This document shows positions 38,135 through 48,895 of a DNA stretch of 64,000 bases, piece after piece. Each line of letters opens with the position of its first letter. The first letter of the stretch is position 1. The notes under the pieces are model-generated. The model had not been told where the DNA came from, ran no database searches, and worked only from the letters and a program-made list of their open reading frames with translations. A program made the position numbers and the translations under genes. The stretch covers positions 102 to 64,101 of the forward strand of contig DYTH01000001.1 in assembly GCA_020726025.1 (NCBI GenBank), read 5' to 3'. Source of the stretch: Syntrophus aciditrophicus. GTDB taxonomy: Bacteria; Desulfobacterota; Syntrophia; Syntrophales; UBA5619.

Positions 38135-39447
38135 GAGAGCTTGTCATCCTCGATTCGGATCAGCATCGTTTTTCCCATTGCCACATCAAGCTTGTCTATA
38201 TCGGCCAGCGCCTTCTGAACATCGCGCTCCCTCGCTTTGTAGGTGGTCATCACAATCGGAACCGCGCCGTCCTGTTTTCTTCCCTTCTGGATGACGGTCG
38301 CAATACTGATGTTATTTTTCCCAAGTATTCCGGATATTTGAGATAAAACACCCGGCTGGTCTGCCACGGAAAAACGGAAATAGTAATTGGTAACAATCTC
38401 CTCAAAGGGCAGAAGGTTGATTTCCGTGATTTTTTCCTCATCCAGCACCCGCGGAGGCACCCTGACGGAAACTCCCTTGATGATGTCGCGGGCAATATCG
38501 ACGACGTCGCTTATCACCGCGCTTGCCGTAGGCATCATGCCCGCCCCCTGGCCGTAAAGAAAAACAGAGTCGGCGGCGTCGCCAATGATATGAAATGCGT
38601 TGAAATTACTGTTTACATTAGCCAGGATGTGGTCAAAAGGAACCATCGTCGGGTGAAGTCTCGCCTCGATGTACCCGCCGCGGTTGATGGCAATTGCGAG
38701 CAATTTGATCCGGTAGCCCAGCTCGCGGGCAAAAACGATGTCCTGCTCGCCGATACTGGAAATTCCCTCCCGGTGCAGGTCTTCAAGGCGCACCTTTTTG
38801 CCGTAAGAAAGGGAGAGCAGGATGGCAAGTTTGTGGGCCGCATCGACGCCTTCAATATCAAAAGTGGGGTTGGCCTCTGCGAAGCCGAGTGCCTGCGCCT
38901 CCTTCAGCACCGTCGCGAATGAACCTCCCTCGTCGGTCATTTTGCTCAAGATAAAGTTCGACGTTCCGTTGACGATCGCCATGATCGATTCTATCCGGTT
39001 GCCGATGAGGCTTTCCTTGATTGTTTTGATGACCGGTATCGTTCCGCCCACGCTGGGCTCAAAGCCGATATTGACTCCGTTACGGTTGGCGCTGCGGAAT
39101 ATGTCGTCGCCATGGGTTGCAAGAAGGGCCTTATTGGCGGTGCAGACATGTTTTTTGTTCTCCATGGCCTTCAGAAGAAAGGTGCGGGCCGGTTCGTATC
39201 CGCCCATCAATTCGATCACAATGTCGATATCGGGGTCGTTGAGAATATCGTCTGCCTTTGTCGTAAGTATGCCATCGGGAAGCTCAACCCCGCGCGGGGT
39301 GGTAATGTCGATATCGGCAATTCTCTTGATCTTTATCTCGGCGCCCACCCGCTCCGAGATCAACGCGCCGTTCTTCTGGAGAAGCCTGATGACCCCCGTG
39401 CCAATTGTCCCAAATCCTATAAGTCCCAGGTTAATCGTTTTCTTCAT
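38131..39447 (-). CDS. hom: Homoserine dehydrogenase with C-terminal ACT domain
   Basis: GLIGFGTIGTG NAD site, the catalytic-domain motif NGTSNFILSKM, and a C-terminal ACT-like segment (YYFRFSVADQPGVLSQISGILG). Confidence 0.9.
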   Translation of the reverse strand: MKKTINLGLIGFGTIGTGVIRLLQKNGALISERVGAEIKIKRIADIDITTPRGVELPDGILTTKADDILNDPDIDIVIELMGGYEPARTFLLKAMENKKHVCTANKALLATHGDDIFRSANRNGVNIGFEPSVGGTIPVIKTIKESLIGNRIESIMAIVNGTSNFILSKMTDEGGSFATVLKEAQALGFAEANPTFDIEGVDAAHKLAILLSLSYGKKVRLEDLHREGISSIGEQDIVFARELGYRIKLLAIAINRGGYIEARLHPTMVPFDHILANVNSNFNAFHIIGDAADSVFLYGQGAGMMPTASAVISDVVDIARDIIKGVSVRVPPRVLDEEKITEINLLPFEEIVTNYYFRFSVADQPGVLSQISGILGKNNISIATVIQKGRKQDGAVPIVMTTYKARERDVQKALADIDKLDVAMGKTMLIRIEDDKLS

Positions 39448-39529
39448 TTCGTCTTTCTCTCATGTGTATTGTTACAACAGGGACGTCTGCCTTTCAAGAC
39501 GGGTAAACGCCCCTTCATTTATTCTTGAG

Positions 39530-40882
39530 TTATGAATGTTTCAGCCCGCAGCAGACTGCCTCGGCGGCCTTAATCAGAGGGTAGAAAATCGGGGAGCCGG
39601 TTAGAAGCGGATGGGTTCCCACCTGGGCCGTCAACATGGAATTTACCGTCATTCTGTTCTGTATTGCAAAACCGATCAGGTTAATCAACTCACCCGTGCT
39701 CGGGCCTCCGATAACCTCCCCGCCTAAAATGACGCCGGATTCCTGGGCGGCAATCAGTTTGATTGTCTGCTTGTGGGCGCTGGGGAGCGTCCCTGGATGG
39801 GAATCAACCCCTGTAAAGGCGCCGGTGATGATGTCAAGCCCTTCTTTAGCAGCCTGGTTTTCCGTCAATCCCGCCGCCCCGAAGGCCAAATCTCCCAGCG
39901 CGGTGGCAAAGATTGCAATCGTGCCGCTGAACGATTTCACCGAGGAAAGTTTGTAGAGATTCATCCCGGCGGTTCTCGCCTCGGCGCAGGCGATGGAGGC
40001 AAGCATCACGCCGGTCGGCTTGCCGACGACAAAATCCCTCTTTGCGGCGCAGTCGCCAGCGGCAAAGATGTCTTTGTTCTCTGTTCTCATATAGCGGTCA
40101 ACATCGATGAACCCCAGTTCGTTGAGTTTCATTCCAGCCTTTTCGGCGATGGAGACATTGGGACGGTAGCCCATGGACAAAATGACAGCATCCGCTTCAA
40201 GTTTTTCTCCGTTGCTCAAGAGCACCCCGTTGACCTTGCCGTCTCCGAGTATTTCTTTGACGCCAACGCCGGATACGACCTTAACACCGCGGGATTTCAA
40301 GAGGTCTTCAACGCTGATGGCAATTTCATCATCGAATACAAGGCCAAGAATATGGGGAAGAATCTCGACAATGGTTACATCCTTGCCCCTTTTATTGATC
40401 TCATCGGACATTTCCACGCCAATAAAACCGCCCCCAATGGTGATAATCTTTTTTACGTCTTTGAGTGCGTCAAGGATGCCGTCGATGTATTCTTTACTCT
40501 TGGGTATCGTGAATACGTTTTTCAGCTCCGCGCCTTTGAGCCATTTGGGAACCGTAGGGGTTGAGCCAACCGCGAGCACCAGTTTTTCAAATCCAATTTC
40601 AGAGCCGTCGGAGACATGACAGACTTTGTTCGGAATATCAAGCGAGTCCGCCTCGCCGATCTTGATGTCAACACCGGCATTTTTCAATACGGCATCGGGA
40701 ATAACATTCTTGTCGCTGCTGTCGAGTGACCCGAAAATATAGGGTATTCCGCAGGGAACCATAACCTGCTTTTCCTGCCTCAAAAGTAGAAAACTTTTGT
40801 CCGGGTAACTCGATTTGCCCGTTAACGCCGCAATGATGCCCGCCGCACTGCCGCCAACAACCAATACATCCGTTTTTTCCAT
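39530..40882 (-). CDS. FAD-dependent pyridine nucleotide-disulfide oxidoreductase (NADH oxidase / CoA-disulfide reductase-like)
   Basis: VLVVGGSAAG FAD site, single redox Cys in VPCGIPY, second dinucleotide site GGGFIGVE. Start trimmed to MEKTDV, which has a GGAGG SD. Confidence 0.75.
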   Translation of the reverse strand: MEKTDVLVVGGSAAGIIAALTGKSSYPDKSFLLLRQEKQVMVPCGIPYIFGSLDSSDKNVIPDAVLKNAGVDIKIGEADSLDIPNKVCHVSDGSEIGFEKLVLAVGSTPTVPKWLKGAELKNVFTIPKSKEYIDGILDALKDVKKIITIGGGFIGVEMSDEINKRGKDVTIVEILPHILGLVFDDEIAISVEDLLKSRGVKVVSGVGVKEILGDGKVNGVLLSNGEKLEADAVILSMGYRPNVSIAEKAGMKLNELGFIDVDRYMRTENKDIFAAGDCAAKRDFVVGKPTGVMLASIACAEARTAGMNLYKLSSVKSFSGTIAIFATALGDLAFGAAGLTENQAAKEGLDIITGAFTGVDSHPGTLPSAHKQTIKLIAAQESGVILGGEVIGGPSTGELINLIGFAIQNRMTVNSMLTAQVGTHPLLTGSPIFYPLIKAAEAVCCGLKHS

Positions 40883-41034
40883 CTCTTCCTCCCTGTTATT
40901 GTATTGCACCTGTTCGCCAGATGTTAACAAACTCAAACCAGAAAATCCGCGCAACAATAAGGGGTGAATTCGGATTTGTCAATAAAAATAAGATTGCACA
41001 TGGAAAACCCGACGATGGGAACAAGGGCTGTTGT

Positions 41035-43488
41035 TCACCCGGTTTTGGCAATGTCCAGGCGACCTTCCCACCGGTGGATCAGTGTTTCCTTGAGAGCCTG
41101 ATGCTTTCCTTCTGTAAGATCCGGATCTTCATTCACGATGGAAAAGGCGTCTTCCTTGGCTTCGGCCAGTATCCGTCCATCCCGTGCGATATTGGCAATC
41201 CTGAAATCGGGAAGGCCCGATTGCCTGGCGCCCATGAATTCACCCGGCCCTCGAATGGCGAGATCTTCTTCTGCAATGCGGAAGCCGTCGCTTGTTTCCT
41301 CCATAATGCGCAATCTCTTTCGGGCATCCCCGGAAAGAGGCTTCTGTGCCAGAAGGATGCAGTACGAAGCCTCCCCACCCCGGCCGACGCGTCCCCTCAA
41401 CTGGTGGAGCTGGGAAAGACCAAAGCGTTCGGCGTGCTCTACAACGATCAGGGATGCCGAGGGAATGTCAATTCCGACCTCAATGACGGTTGTTGCTACA
41501 AGGATTTGCACTCTTTTTTCGACAAAATCTTTCATGACCTGTTCTTTTTCCCTGCCTTTCATCCGGCCATGGACAAGACCTACCGAAAAATCGGGAAAGA
41601 CATCGCGGCCAAGATGTTCGGCCATCCGGACGGCATCCTTCAAATCAAGGGCTTCCGATGTTTCCACAAGGGGATAGACGATGAAGGCCTGATTGCCCTT
41701 CAAGGCTTCCCGACGGATGAACGCATAGACGCGCGCCCTCTGGGATTCTGCATAGACTTTTGTTGCCGGGGGTATTTTGCCGGGCGGCATCTCATCGATA
41801 AGAGATACGTCAAGATCGCCGTAAACGGTCATGGCCAGCGTGCGGGGAATGGGCGTTGCGGTCATGATCAGAACGTCGGGCATGTCTCCTTTTTTACGCA
41901 GAGAAGCCCGCTGAACAACGCCAAAACGGTGCTGCTCGTCAATGACGACAAGCCCGAGCCGATTAAATGATACTTTCCCCTGAATCAGCGCATGCGTCCC
42001 GATAATGATCCCCGCCTGCCCGGTTTCGATTCTCTTTATCACCCCGGTTTTCTGTAGCGTGGAAAGATTTCCCGTCAATAATTCACAGGGAATCCCGAGC
42101 TGTGACGACATTTTGGATATATTGCGAAAGTGCTGTTCGGCCAGTATCTCCGTCGGGGCCATGATAGCCGCCTGATATCCGTTCGCACAGGCAAGAAAAG
42201 ACGCGGCTGCGGCAACGACCGTTTTTCCCGAGCCGACATCTCCCTGCAAAAGTCTGTTCATCGGCATGGGCGAAGCCATGTCTTTGTGAATCTCGGACAA
42301 GGTCCGCCTCTGGGCGGCGGTCAGCGTAAAGGACAATGTCTGGCTGAATCTGTTCACAATTTCCGGAGTAACACGAAAAGAGATTCCCCTTTCCAGCAAC
42401 TGCCCCTTTTTCCTTAATGCCATCCCCAACTGAAAGAAGAAAAACTCATCGTAAATGAGGCGGCGATGGGCTTCAGAGGCGGCTTGCTGGTAGAGATCAA
42501 TCTTCTGGTCATTGCCGGGGAAGTGCACCATCCTGACGGCCTCTTCAAAATCCATCAAAGAGCGAGCCCGGCATATTTCTTCCGGTACGGGACTTGTCAT
42601 AAGAGGCGCAAAGGATTGCACCGTTTTCCAGGCGATACGGCGGATGGTTTTTTGCGGTAGCCCCGCCGTTTCAGAATAAACAGGCACAATTCTCTTGAAG
42701 TGGAGGAGCTGGTCTTCGTTTTCGCTTAATATCTCGAATTCCGGATGAATCATTTCACGATCAAACGGAAAGCCTGTCGCCACGCCTGCAAGAATGACCC
42801 GTGCATCATTCGGAAAAGCCTTACGTAGAAAAGCCTCCTGTCCCTTGAACCATTTGGCCTTGATCATACCGGAAGAGTCTTCGACGGAAACCTCAAAAAT
42901 CTTTCTTTTGCCGTAATCATGCATTGCGGAATGCACAACCCTTCCCACGACGATTTGTTTTACCCCGGGGATGGTCTCCATAATCAGGGAAATGTGCCGC
43001 CGGTCTTCATAGCGGCGGGGCAAAAAATAGAGGATATCTTCGACGGTAAAGATATCCTTGCGGGCGAAGAGCCCGGCCAGCCTCGGCCCTACCCCGGGCA
43101 GGAATTTGATGGAACCCGACAGCGCCGCCCGACCCCGGGTTGCGGGTTCTTCTTTTTTCCTGGCGGATTCACCAGAAATAACCTGTTGCAGGGTGATTTT
43201 CATGGCGGCAAGCTCGCTTAACGCCGATTGGATGATCTCTATTTTTTCATCGCTCGTCCCGGCATCGAAGCCCTGGAAAAGCGTCTCAAGGGCGACGGTT
43301 TGACTTCTGGCAGCTTCAATCGAAGGGTGGTTGCCGTCGTTTTTTGTCAGGATCGTTTCCAACTGCTTCAAGAGGGTGATGACGGTCTCCCTGAGGTTTT
43401 TTACCAGGGAAAGACGGCTGTATGAGTTCCAGGCGGCAAATAAAAGCGGGGTCTCAATCTTTTCGATTAAATTAACGCGCGTGTCCAT
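41035..43488 (-). CDS. recG: ATP-dependent DNA helicase RecG
   Basis: Wedge domain followed by GDVGSGKT, VIDEQHRFG, MTATPIPRT and QLRGRVGRG motifs. Confidence 0.9.
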   Translation of the reverse strand: MDTRVNLIEKIETPLLFAAWNSYSRLSLVKNLRETVITLLKQLETILTKNDGNHPSIEAARSQTVALETLFQGFDAGTSDEKIEIIQSALSELAAMKITLQQVISGESARKKEEPATRGRAALSGSIKFLPGVGPRLAGLFARKDIFTVEDILYFLPRRYEDRRHISLIMETIPGVKQIVVGRVVHSAMHDYGKRKIFEVSVEDSSGMIKAKWFKGQEAFLRKAFPNDARVILAGVATGFPFDREMIHPEFEILSENEDQLLHFKRIVPVYSETAGLPQKTIRRIAWKTVQSFAPLMTSPVPEEICRARSLMDFEEAVRMVHFPGNDQKIDLYQQAASEAHRRLIYDEFFFFQLGMALRKKGQLLERGISFRVTPEIVNRFSQTLSFTLTAAQRRTLSEIHKDMASPMPMNRLLQGDVGSGKTVVAAAASFLACANGYQAAIMAPTEILAEQHFRNISKMSSQLGIPCELLTGNLSTLQKTGVIKRIETGQAGIIIGTHALIQGKVSFNRLGLVVIDEQHRFGVVQRASLRKKGDMPDVLIMTATPIPRTLAMTVYGDLDVSLIDEMPPGKIPPATKVYAESQRARVYAFIRREALKGNQAFIVYPLVETSEALDLKDAVRMAEHLGRDVFPDFSVGLVHGRMKGREKEQVMKDFVEKRVQILVATTVIEVGIDIPSASLIVVEHAERFGLSQLHQLRGRVGRGGEASYCILLAQKPLSGDARKRLRIMEETSDGFRIAEEDLAIRGPGEFMGARQSGLPDFRIANIARDGRILAEAKEDAFSIVNEDPDLTEGKHQALKETLIHRWEGRLDIAKTG

Positions 43489-43680
43489 AGGTTTAGCTGT
43501 CCAGGGTAAAAAATGACCTTGAAATAAGAAAGCGTAGTCTTTTTAGCAGATTATAAATTATATGGCAAGGAAATATTTGACTTTCCATGGAATGTGAGCT
43601 ATGGAGTCGGCGCAAAAGGCAGACGTTCTGATGGATTGATATTTTTTTCAGGAATAATTTATTTCAGGGAGATGATGTGC

Positions 43681-44724
43681 ATGCTGGATAAAATGACGTA
43701 CAGTGAATCGGGGGTTGATATCGATGCGGGCAATGCTTTTGTGGAGAGGATAAAACCTCTGATAAAAACCACCTCCCGAAGAGAAACGATGAGTGGAATC
43801 GGCGGGTTTGGAGGGCTTTTTCATCTCGACACAGAAAAAACAAAGGATCCCATACTCGTTTCTTCCACAGACGGTGTCGGCACGAAACTCAAAATCGCCC
43901 GGATGATGGACAAGCATGACACCGTCGGGATCGATCTGGTTGCGATGTCTGTAAACGATATCATTGTTCAGGGAGCGGAACCGCTCTTCTTTCTCGACTA
44001 TATAGCCACCGGCAAACTCGACGTTGATAAAAGCGTCAAGATTGTTGAGGGCATCGTCAAGGGCTGCCAGGATGCAAACTGTTCTCTTCTGGGTGGCGAG
44101 ACGGCTGAAATGCCCGGTTTTTATACCGATGGTGAATACGATCTTGCCGGCTTCTGCGTCGGTGTCGTGGATTCCGACAGGCTGATAGACGGCTCGGAAA
44201 TCCGCGTCGGGGACAGGATCATTGGAATCGCCTCCTCGGGACTGCACAGCAATGGTTTTTCCATGGTGCGCCGCGTACTTTTTGACGAGGGCAAACTGAA
44301 ACCAACCGACGTGATAGAGGGCTTCGACAACCCACTGGGGCTCGAACTGCTCACGCCGACGAAAATATACGTAAAACCGATCCTGAATCTTGTTAAAAAT
44401 TTCAACATCCACGGAATTGTCCACATTACCGGAGGGGGATTTATAGAAAACATTCCCCGCATCACCCCTTCGCAGTGCTGCAGCCACATCCGGAACGGCA
44501 GTTGGCCTGTTCCTCTCGTCTTTGATCTGATCCGCGATGTCGGAAAGATCGACATGGACGAGATGTTCCGGGTATTTAACATGGGAATCGGAATGATCCT
44601 TATCGTGGCAAAAAATGATGAAGCAGAGATTATCGACAGGCTGGAAAAATTGGGAGAGACCGCTTATTCCCTGGGCTCCATTGAAATGAGAGGGAATAAC
44701 GCCCCTCTGGTTTCCTTCATCTGA
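43681..44724 (+). CDS. purM: Phosphoribosylformylglycinamidine cyclo-ligase
   Basis: YSESGVDIDAGN, GIGGFGGLF, DGVGTK and GGETAEMPG motifs. Start trimmed to ATG 43681, 9 nt after the CAGGGAG SD. Confidence 0.9.
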   Translation: MLDKMTYSESGVDIDAGNAFVERIKPLIKTTSRRETMSGIGGFGGLFHLDTEKTKDPILVSSTDGVGTKLKIARMMDKHDTVGIDLVAMSVNDIIVQGAEPLFFLDYIATGKLDVDKSVKIVEGIVKGCQDANCSLLGGETAEMPGFYTDGEYDLAGFCVGVVDSDRLIDGSEIRVGDRIIGIASSGLHSNGFSMVRRVLFDEGKLKPTDVIEGFDNPLGLELLTPTKIYVKPILNLVKNFNIHGIVHITGGGFIENIPRITPSQCCSHIRNGSWPVPLVFDLIRDVGKIDMDEMFRVFNMGIGMILIVAKNDEAEIIDRLEKLGETAYSLGSIEMRGNNAPLVSFI

Positions 44725-44739
44725 GATTAAGGGTGCACT

Positions 44740-45408
44740 GTGAACAGGAAAAAAATCAGACTGGGCGTTCTTGTTTCAGGAAGCGGCTCGAATTTGCAAT
44801 CCATCATAGATCATAGTGAAAAAGATCAGCTTGACGCCCGGATATCCATTGTAATCAGCAACAACCCCGATGCGTATGCACTTGAACGGTGCAGAAGGCA
44901 CAACATTCCTGCCGCTGTTCTGGATCATCGCGCTTTTCCAGAAAGAGCGGATTTTGACAGACAGATGATTGAGATCCTCCATGCATCCGGTGTGGATCTT
45001 GTCGTTATGGCGGGATTCATGCGGATTCTCACCCCGATTTTCTTTCGCGCCTTTCCAATGAAAATCATGAACATCCACCCAGCCTTGCTGCCCTCTTTTC
45101 CCGGACTTCATGTTCAGCAGAAGGCCCTTGACTACGGGGTGAAATTTTCCGGCTGCACCGTGCACTTCGCCGAAGAAGGGGTCGATACCGGGCCTGTGAT
45201 TATCCAGGCCGTGGTTCCGGTATTTGAGGGTGATGATGAAAAGATTCTCTCGGAGCGAATCCTGAAAGAGGAGCATCGGATATACCCCCAGGCGATTCAG
45301 TACTATGCGGAGGGCAGGCTTGAGATAATCGGCCGTACCGTTCGCGTCAAAAGCTCCGGGAAAATAGAAGCGGCTTCCCTCGTCAATCCGCCGGTGACAA
45401 TAACCTGA
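44740..45408 (+). CDS. purN: Phosphoribosylglycinamide formyltransferase
   Basis: LGVLVSGSGSNLQ, NIHPALLPSFPG and SGCTVHF motifs. GTG start. Confidence 0.9.
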   Translation: MNRKKIRLGVLVSGSGSNLQSIIDHSEKDQLDARISIVISNNPDAYALERCRRHNIPAAVLDHRAFPERADFDRQMIEILHASGVDLVVMAGFMRILTPIFFRAFPMKIMNIHPALLPSFPGLHVQQKALDYGVKFSGCTVHFAEEGVDTGPVIIQAVVPVFEGDDEKILSERILKEEHRIYPQAIQYYAEGRLEIIGRTVRVKSSGKIEAASLVNPPVTIT

Positions 45409-45417
45409 AGGAGGAAG

Positions 45418-46803
45418 ATGATCATGAAAAGTGACAACGACTATGATTTTACCATCCAGACACTGGGTGAGTGTACTATCCCTTCTCCTGTTTCCGTCAG
45501 CTATTTTGTCCCCGAAACGAGGAGACTTCTCTTCAATAACTATCTCAATGAGTTTGATTCGCTGAAATCACCGGACGGATCGCCTCTTTCGTTCGAGATG
45601 GCCGGTCCTCGTCAAAAGATATATTTCGAACCACCCAAGACCAAGGCGGCAATTGTTACCTGCGGAGGGCTCTGCCCCGGAATCAACGACGTCATCCGTT
45701 CGCTGGTTATGGAAGTCCACTACCGTTACGGCGTGCATAATGTTGTCGGCATTCAGTACGGGTATCAGGGACTCATTCACAAATATGGTCATCCCATCGT
45801 TGAGCTTACACCCGATACTGTAAAAGACATCAACAATCTCGGGGGATCCATTCTTTCCTCCTCACGCGGCCGTCAGGATATCGGAGAGATGGTGGATGCC
45901 CTCAAAAGGATGAACATCGATCTGCTTTTTATCATCGGGGGTGATGGAACCATCCGGGGGGCCGAAGGAATTACCGAAGAAATCACGCGCCGGGGGCTTA
46001 ATATCGGCGTAATCGGGATACCCAAAACAATAGACAATGACCTGAATCTCATACAGAAATCATTTGGGTTCGATACCGCGGTTTCAGAGTCGGTCAAGGC
46101 AATCCAGTGTGCCCATATTGAGGCGAAAGGGGCGCCAAACGGCATTGGACTGGTAAAAATCATGGGCCGGGAGGCCGGCCATATCGCCGCCGGGGCGGCC
46201 CTGGCCCAGAATGACGTAAATTTTGTTCTGATTCCGGAGATTCCCTTTGATCTTGATGGTGAAAAAGGATTGCTCAGGGCTCTTCAGGAAAGGCTTTCGA
46301 AAAGCTCGCATTGCGTGATTCTTGTGGCCGAAGGCGCCGGCCAGTATCTTCTGTGTGAAGAGGGAAACCAGAAACAAGAAAACAAAAATGTCGCCTATGG
46401 GGCAACCTGTGCCTACCCTCCTGATCGTCAGAAGAAAATAGAGACCGACGCCTCGGGCAATCCCCGACTCCTCGATATCGGCGCCTATCTGAAAAAATCC
46501 ATTGAGGCCTTTTTCAAACAACTGAATAAGGAGATTAACATCAAGTACATTGATCCCAGCTACATGATACGGAGCGTTCCAGCCAATGCCTGCGACAGCC
46601 GGTACTGCGGAGCGCTTGGCCAGTACGCCGTTCACGCCGGAATGGCCGGTAAAACGGGGATGCTGGTCGGTCTGGTCAAGGATGAGTACGTCCATATTCC
46701 GTTAAAAATGATCGGCTCCGGAAGCAGGCTTGATCCGCACGGAAATATCTGGATGCGGGTACTGGAGGCCACCGGTCAGCCCCCTTCCCTGGTCAACGAT
46801 TAA
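45418..46803 (+). CDS. 6-phosphofructokinase, long-form PfkA family (GGDG motif suggests ATP-dependent)
   Basis: [29 protein letters not shown] and MGREAG motifs. ATG 45424 is an alternative start. Confidence 0.8.
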   Translation: MIMKSDNDYDFTIQTLGECTIPSPVSVSYFVPETRRLLFNNYLNEFDSLKSPDGSPLSFEMAGPRQKIYFEPPKTKAAIVTCGGLCPGINDVIRSLVMEVHYRYGVHNVVGIQYGYQGLIHKYGHPIVELTPDTVKDINNLGGSILSSSRGRQDIGEMVDALKRMNIDLLFIIGGDGTIRGAEGITEEITRRGLNIGVIGIPKTIDNDLNLIQKSFGFDTAVSESVKAIQCAHIEAKGAPNGIGLVKIMGREAGHIAAGAALAQNDVNFVLIPEIPFDLDGEKGLLRALQERLSKSSHCVILVAEGAGQYLLCEEGNQKQENKNVAYGATCAYPPDRQKKIETDASGNPRLLDIGAYLKKSIEAFFKQLNKEINIKYIDPSYMIRSVPANACDSRYCGALGQYAVHAGMAGKTGMLVGLVKDEYVHIPLKMIGSGSRLDPHGNIWMRVLEATGQPPSLVND

Positions 46804-46868
46804 AAAATGCTTGCATTTCTTGCCCGGATGATTTAAACCTCCGCAACAATTCAACGAGGAGTGCGGCT

Positions 46869-47066
46869 ATGTCAAGGGTATGCGAAGTGTGCGGGAAGAA
46901 ATCGTTACGGGGAAATAAGGTAAGCCACGCAAACAACAAACATGCAAAGGTGTGGCAGCCGAATCTGCAGAAAATCCGGTGTGTGGATGAAAAGTCCGGT
47001 GGAATCAAACAGGTGAAGGTCTGCACCCGTTGCATCCGGTCGGGTTTCGTCAAAAAGGTTGTCTAA
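46869..47066 (+). CDS. rpmB: 50S ribosomal protein L28
   Basis: [11 protein letters not shown]...[10 protein letters not shown] is a typical L28 sequence. SD GAGGAG upstream. Confidence 0.9.
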   Translation: MSRVCEVCGKKSLRGNKVSHANNKHAKVWQPNLQKIRCVDEKSGGIKQVKVCTRCIRSGFVKKVV

Positions 47067-47088
47067 ACAGTTTACTCATCCGTATGGG

Positions 47089-47130
47089 AAGGCCGGGAAA
47101 CCTCACCAGTTGACCCGGCCTTTGTTGGTT
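47089..47130 (+). terminator. Terminator candidate after rpmB
   Basis: Stem AAGGCCGGG / CCCGGCCTT (9 bp) with a 16-nt loop, followed by TGTTGGTT. The large loop lowers confidence. Confidence 0.4.
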
Positions 47131-47138
47131 ATGATAAT
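47110..47138 (+). promoter_or_regulatory. Sigma70-type promoter candidate for recJ
   Basis: TTGACC - 17 nt - GATAAT, 20 nt upstream of ATG 47159. Confidence 0.45.
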
Positions 47139-47158
47139 TTCCATAGAATCAAAGCACG

Positions 47159-48895
47159 ATGTCCGTTCATAATCTTCCGCTGACCCGTTGGTGTTTGCGG
47201 GAAGAGAACATCGAAACCCGGAATTTGCTGGCCGCCGGGATGAACATCCGGGCCATCGTTTCCAGAATCATCGCCAACCGGGCCATCGGAACCCCCGAAG
47301 AAATCAGACAGTACCTCAATCCTTCCCTGAATAACCTGCACAATCCATTTTTGATGCGCGATATGAAGGAGGCAGTCGAAAGAATGACCGCCGCCTTTCG
47401 CCGCAAGGAAAAAATTGTCGTCTATGGGGATTACGATGCGGACGGAATAACATCGGTTGCGGTTCTTTACCGCTTTATACGAAAAATCCACGATAACGTG
47501 ACCTTTTACATACCGGACAGGATGGCGGAAGGTTATGGCCTCAATCCGGCTGCCGTCGCCAGGTTTCACTCCGAGGGTGTAACGCTGATTGCAACCGTTG
47601 ATTGCGGGATGGCTAATCATGAAGAGATCGATCTGGCCAAAAAGCTTGGGATCGACGTGGTCATCCTGGATCACCATGAACCGTCGGAAACACTTCCCAG
47701 GGCGGAGGCCATCGTCAATCCGAAAAGGCACGACTGCCCTTTTCCGTTCAAACAGCTCGCCGCTGTCGGCATTGTCTTTAATTTTCTGATAGCGCTGCGG
47801 GGCATATTGAGAAACGAGGGGTTCTGGACCGAGAGCAATTACCCGAATCTGCGCGACTATCTTGACCTTGTGGCCCTGGGAACCATTGGCGATGTTGTTC
47901 CGCTGGTCGATGAAAACAGGATATTCGCCAAAATCGGCATGGAGCTGATAAACCAGGATAAAAGGGCGGGAATCCGCGCCCTGAAAAGGGTCTGCACGAT
48001 GGAGGGAAAAACGGTGGAGGCCAGCAGGGCTTCATTCACGCTGATCCCCCGGATAAACGCCGCGGGAAGAATCGCCTCGGCCTCTCATGCGGTGGAACTG
48101 CTCCTGGCTGAAAGCGACGACGATGCCCTCATTCTTGCGCAGATGCTCGAGGGATTCAACAAAAAAAGACAGTCCATGGAACGAACGATATTTGCCCAGC
48201 TTCTGGAAACCGTTTCAAAAGCCGCAAATTCCGGGGAAAATGAGCCGATGGTTTTCTCTTCTTCGGACTGGCACCCCGGGGTAATCGGAATCGTGGCATC
48301 CAGACTGGCCGACCGTTTTGGTCGCCCGGCTATCCTGATCAGCATCAAAGACGGCGTCGGGAAGGGTTCCGGACGCAGCGCCGCCGATTTCAACCTGTTC
48401 GAAGGGATCAAACGGTGTGAGTCGCATCTGCTGGCCTATGGCGGGCATCGGTTCGCGGCCGGCATTCTGATTGAAGAAGAAAACATTGTCCCTTTTACCG
48501 AACAGCTCAGCAAGATCATCACCGACAGTTGCCCGGAAGAGGAATTTGCCGCCTGCACAACGATCGATGCCTCATGCGTTTTGTCTGATGTAGATATGGA
48601 ACTTTTTGAACAAATGCAGATGCTGGCGCCATTCGGGAGCGGCAATCAGGAACCCGTTCTCCATGCGAGAAATGTCGGCGTCTTGTCAACTACCATTGTC
48701 GGCAACAACCACTTGAAGATGCGGGTGTCGCAGGATGGCGCTGTCAAGGAGGCGATATGGTTCAATCAGGGCCAATTGCTTGCCGATTTAAACCATGCAT
48801 CGCTTGACATTGTTTTCATGCCAAAGATAAACGACTGGAATCATTCTGGAAATATACAGTTGGTCATCAAGGACGCGAAAACCGCGGCATCCTAA
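47159..48895 (+). CDS. recJ: Single-stranded-DNA-specific exonuclease RecJ
   Basis: DHH-family motifs VYGDYDADGITS, DCG and ILDHHEP, followed by a DHHA1 region (GGHRFAAG). Confidence 0.9.
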   Translation: MSVHNLPLTRWCLREENIETRNLLAAGMNIRAIVSRIIANRAIGTPEEIRQYLNPSLNNLHNPFLMRDMKEAVERMTAAFRRKEKIVVYGDYDADGITSVAVLYRFIRKIHDNVTFYIPDRMAEGYGLNPAAVARFHSEGVTLIATVDCGMANHEEIDLAKKLGIDVVILDHHEPSETLPRAEAIVNPKRHDCPFPFKQLAAVGIVFNFLIALRGILRNEGFWTESNYPNLRDYLDLVALGTIGDVVPLVDENRIFAKIGMELINQDKRAGIRALKRVCTMEGKTVEASRASFTLIPRINAAGRIASASHAVELLLAESDDDALILAQMLEGFNKKRQSMERTIFAQLLETVSKAANSGENEPMVFSSSDWHPGVIGIVASRLADRFGRPAILISIKDGVGKGSGRSAADFNLFEGIKRCESHLLAYGGHRFAAGILIEEENIVPFTEQLSKIITDSCPEEEFAACTTIDASCVLSDVDMELFEQMQMLAPFGSGNQEPVLHARNVGVLSTTIVGNNHLKMRVSQDGAVKEAIWFNQGQLLADLNHASLDIVFMPKINDWNHSGNIQLVIKDAKTAAS

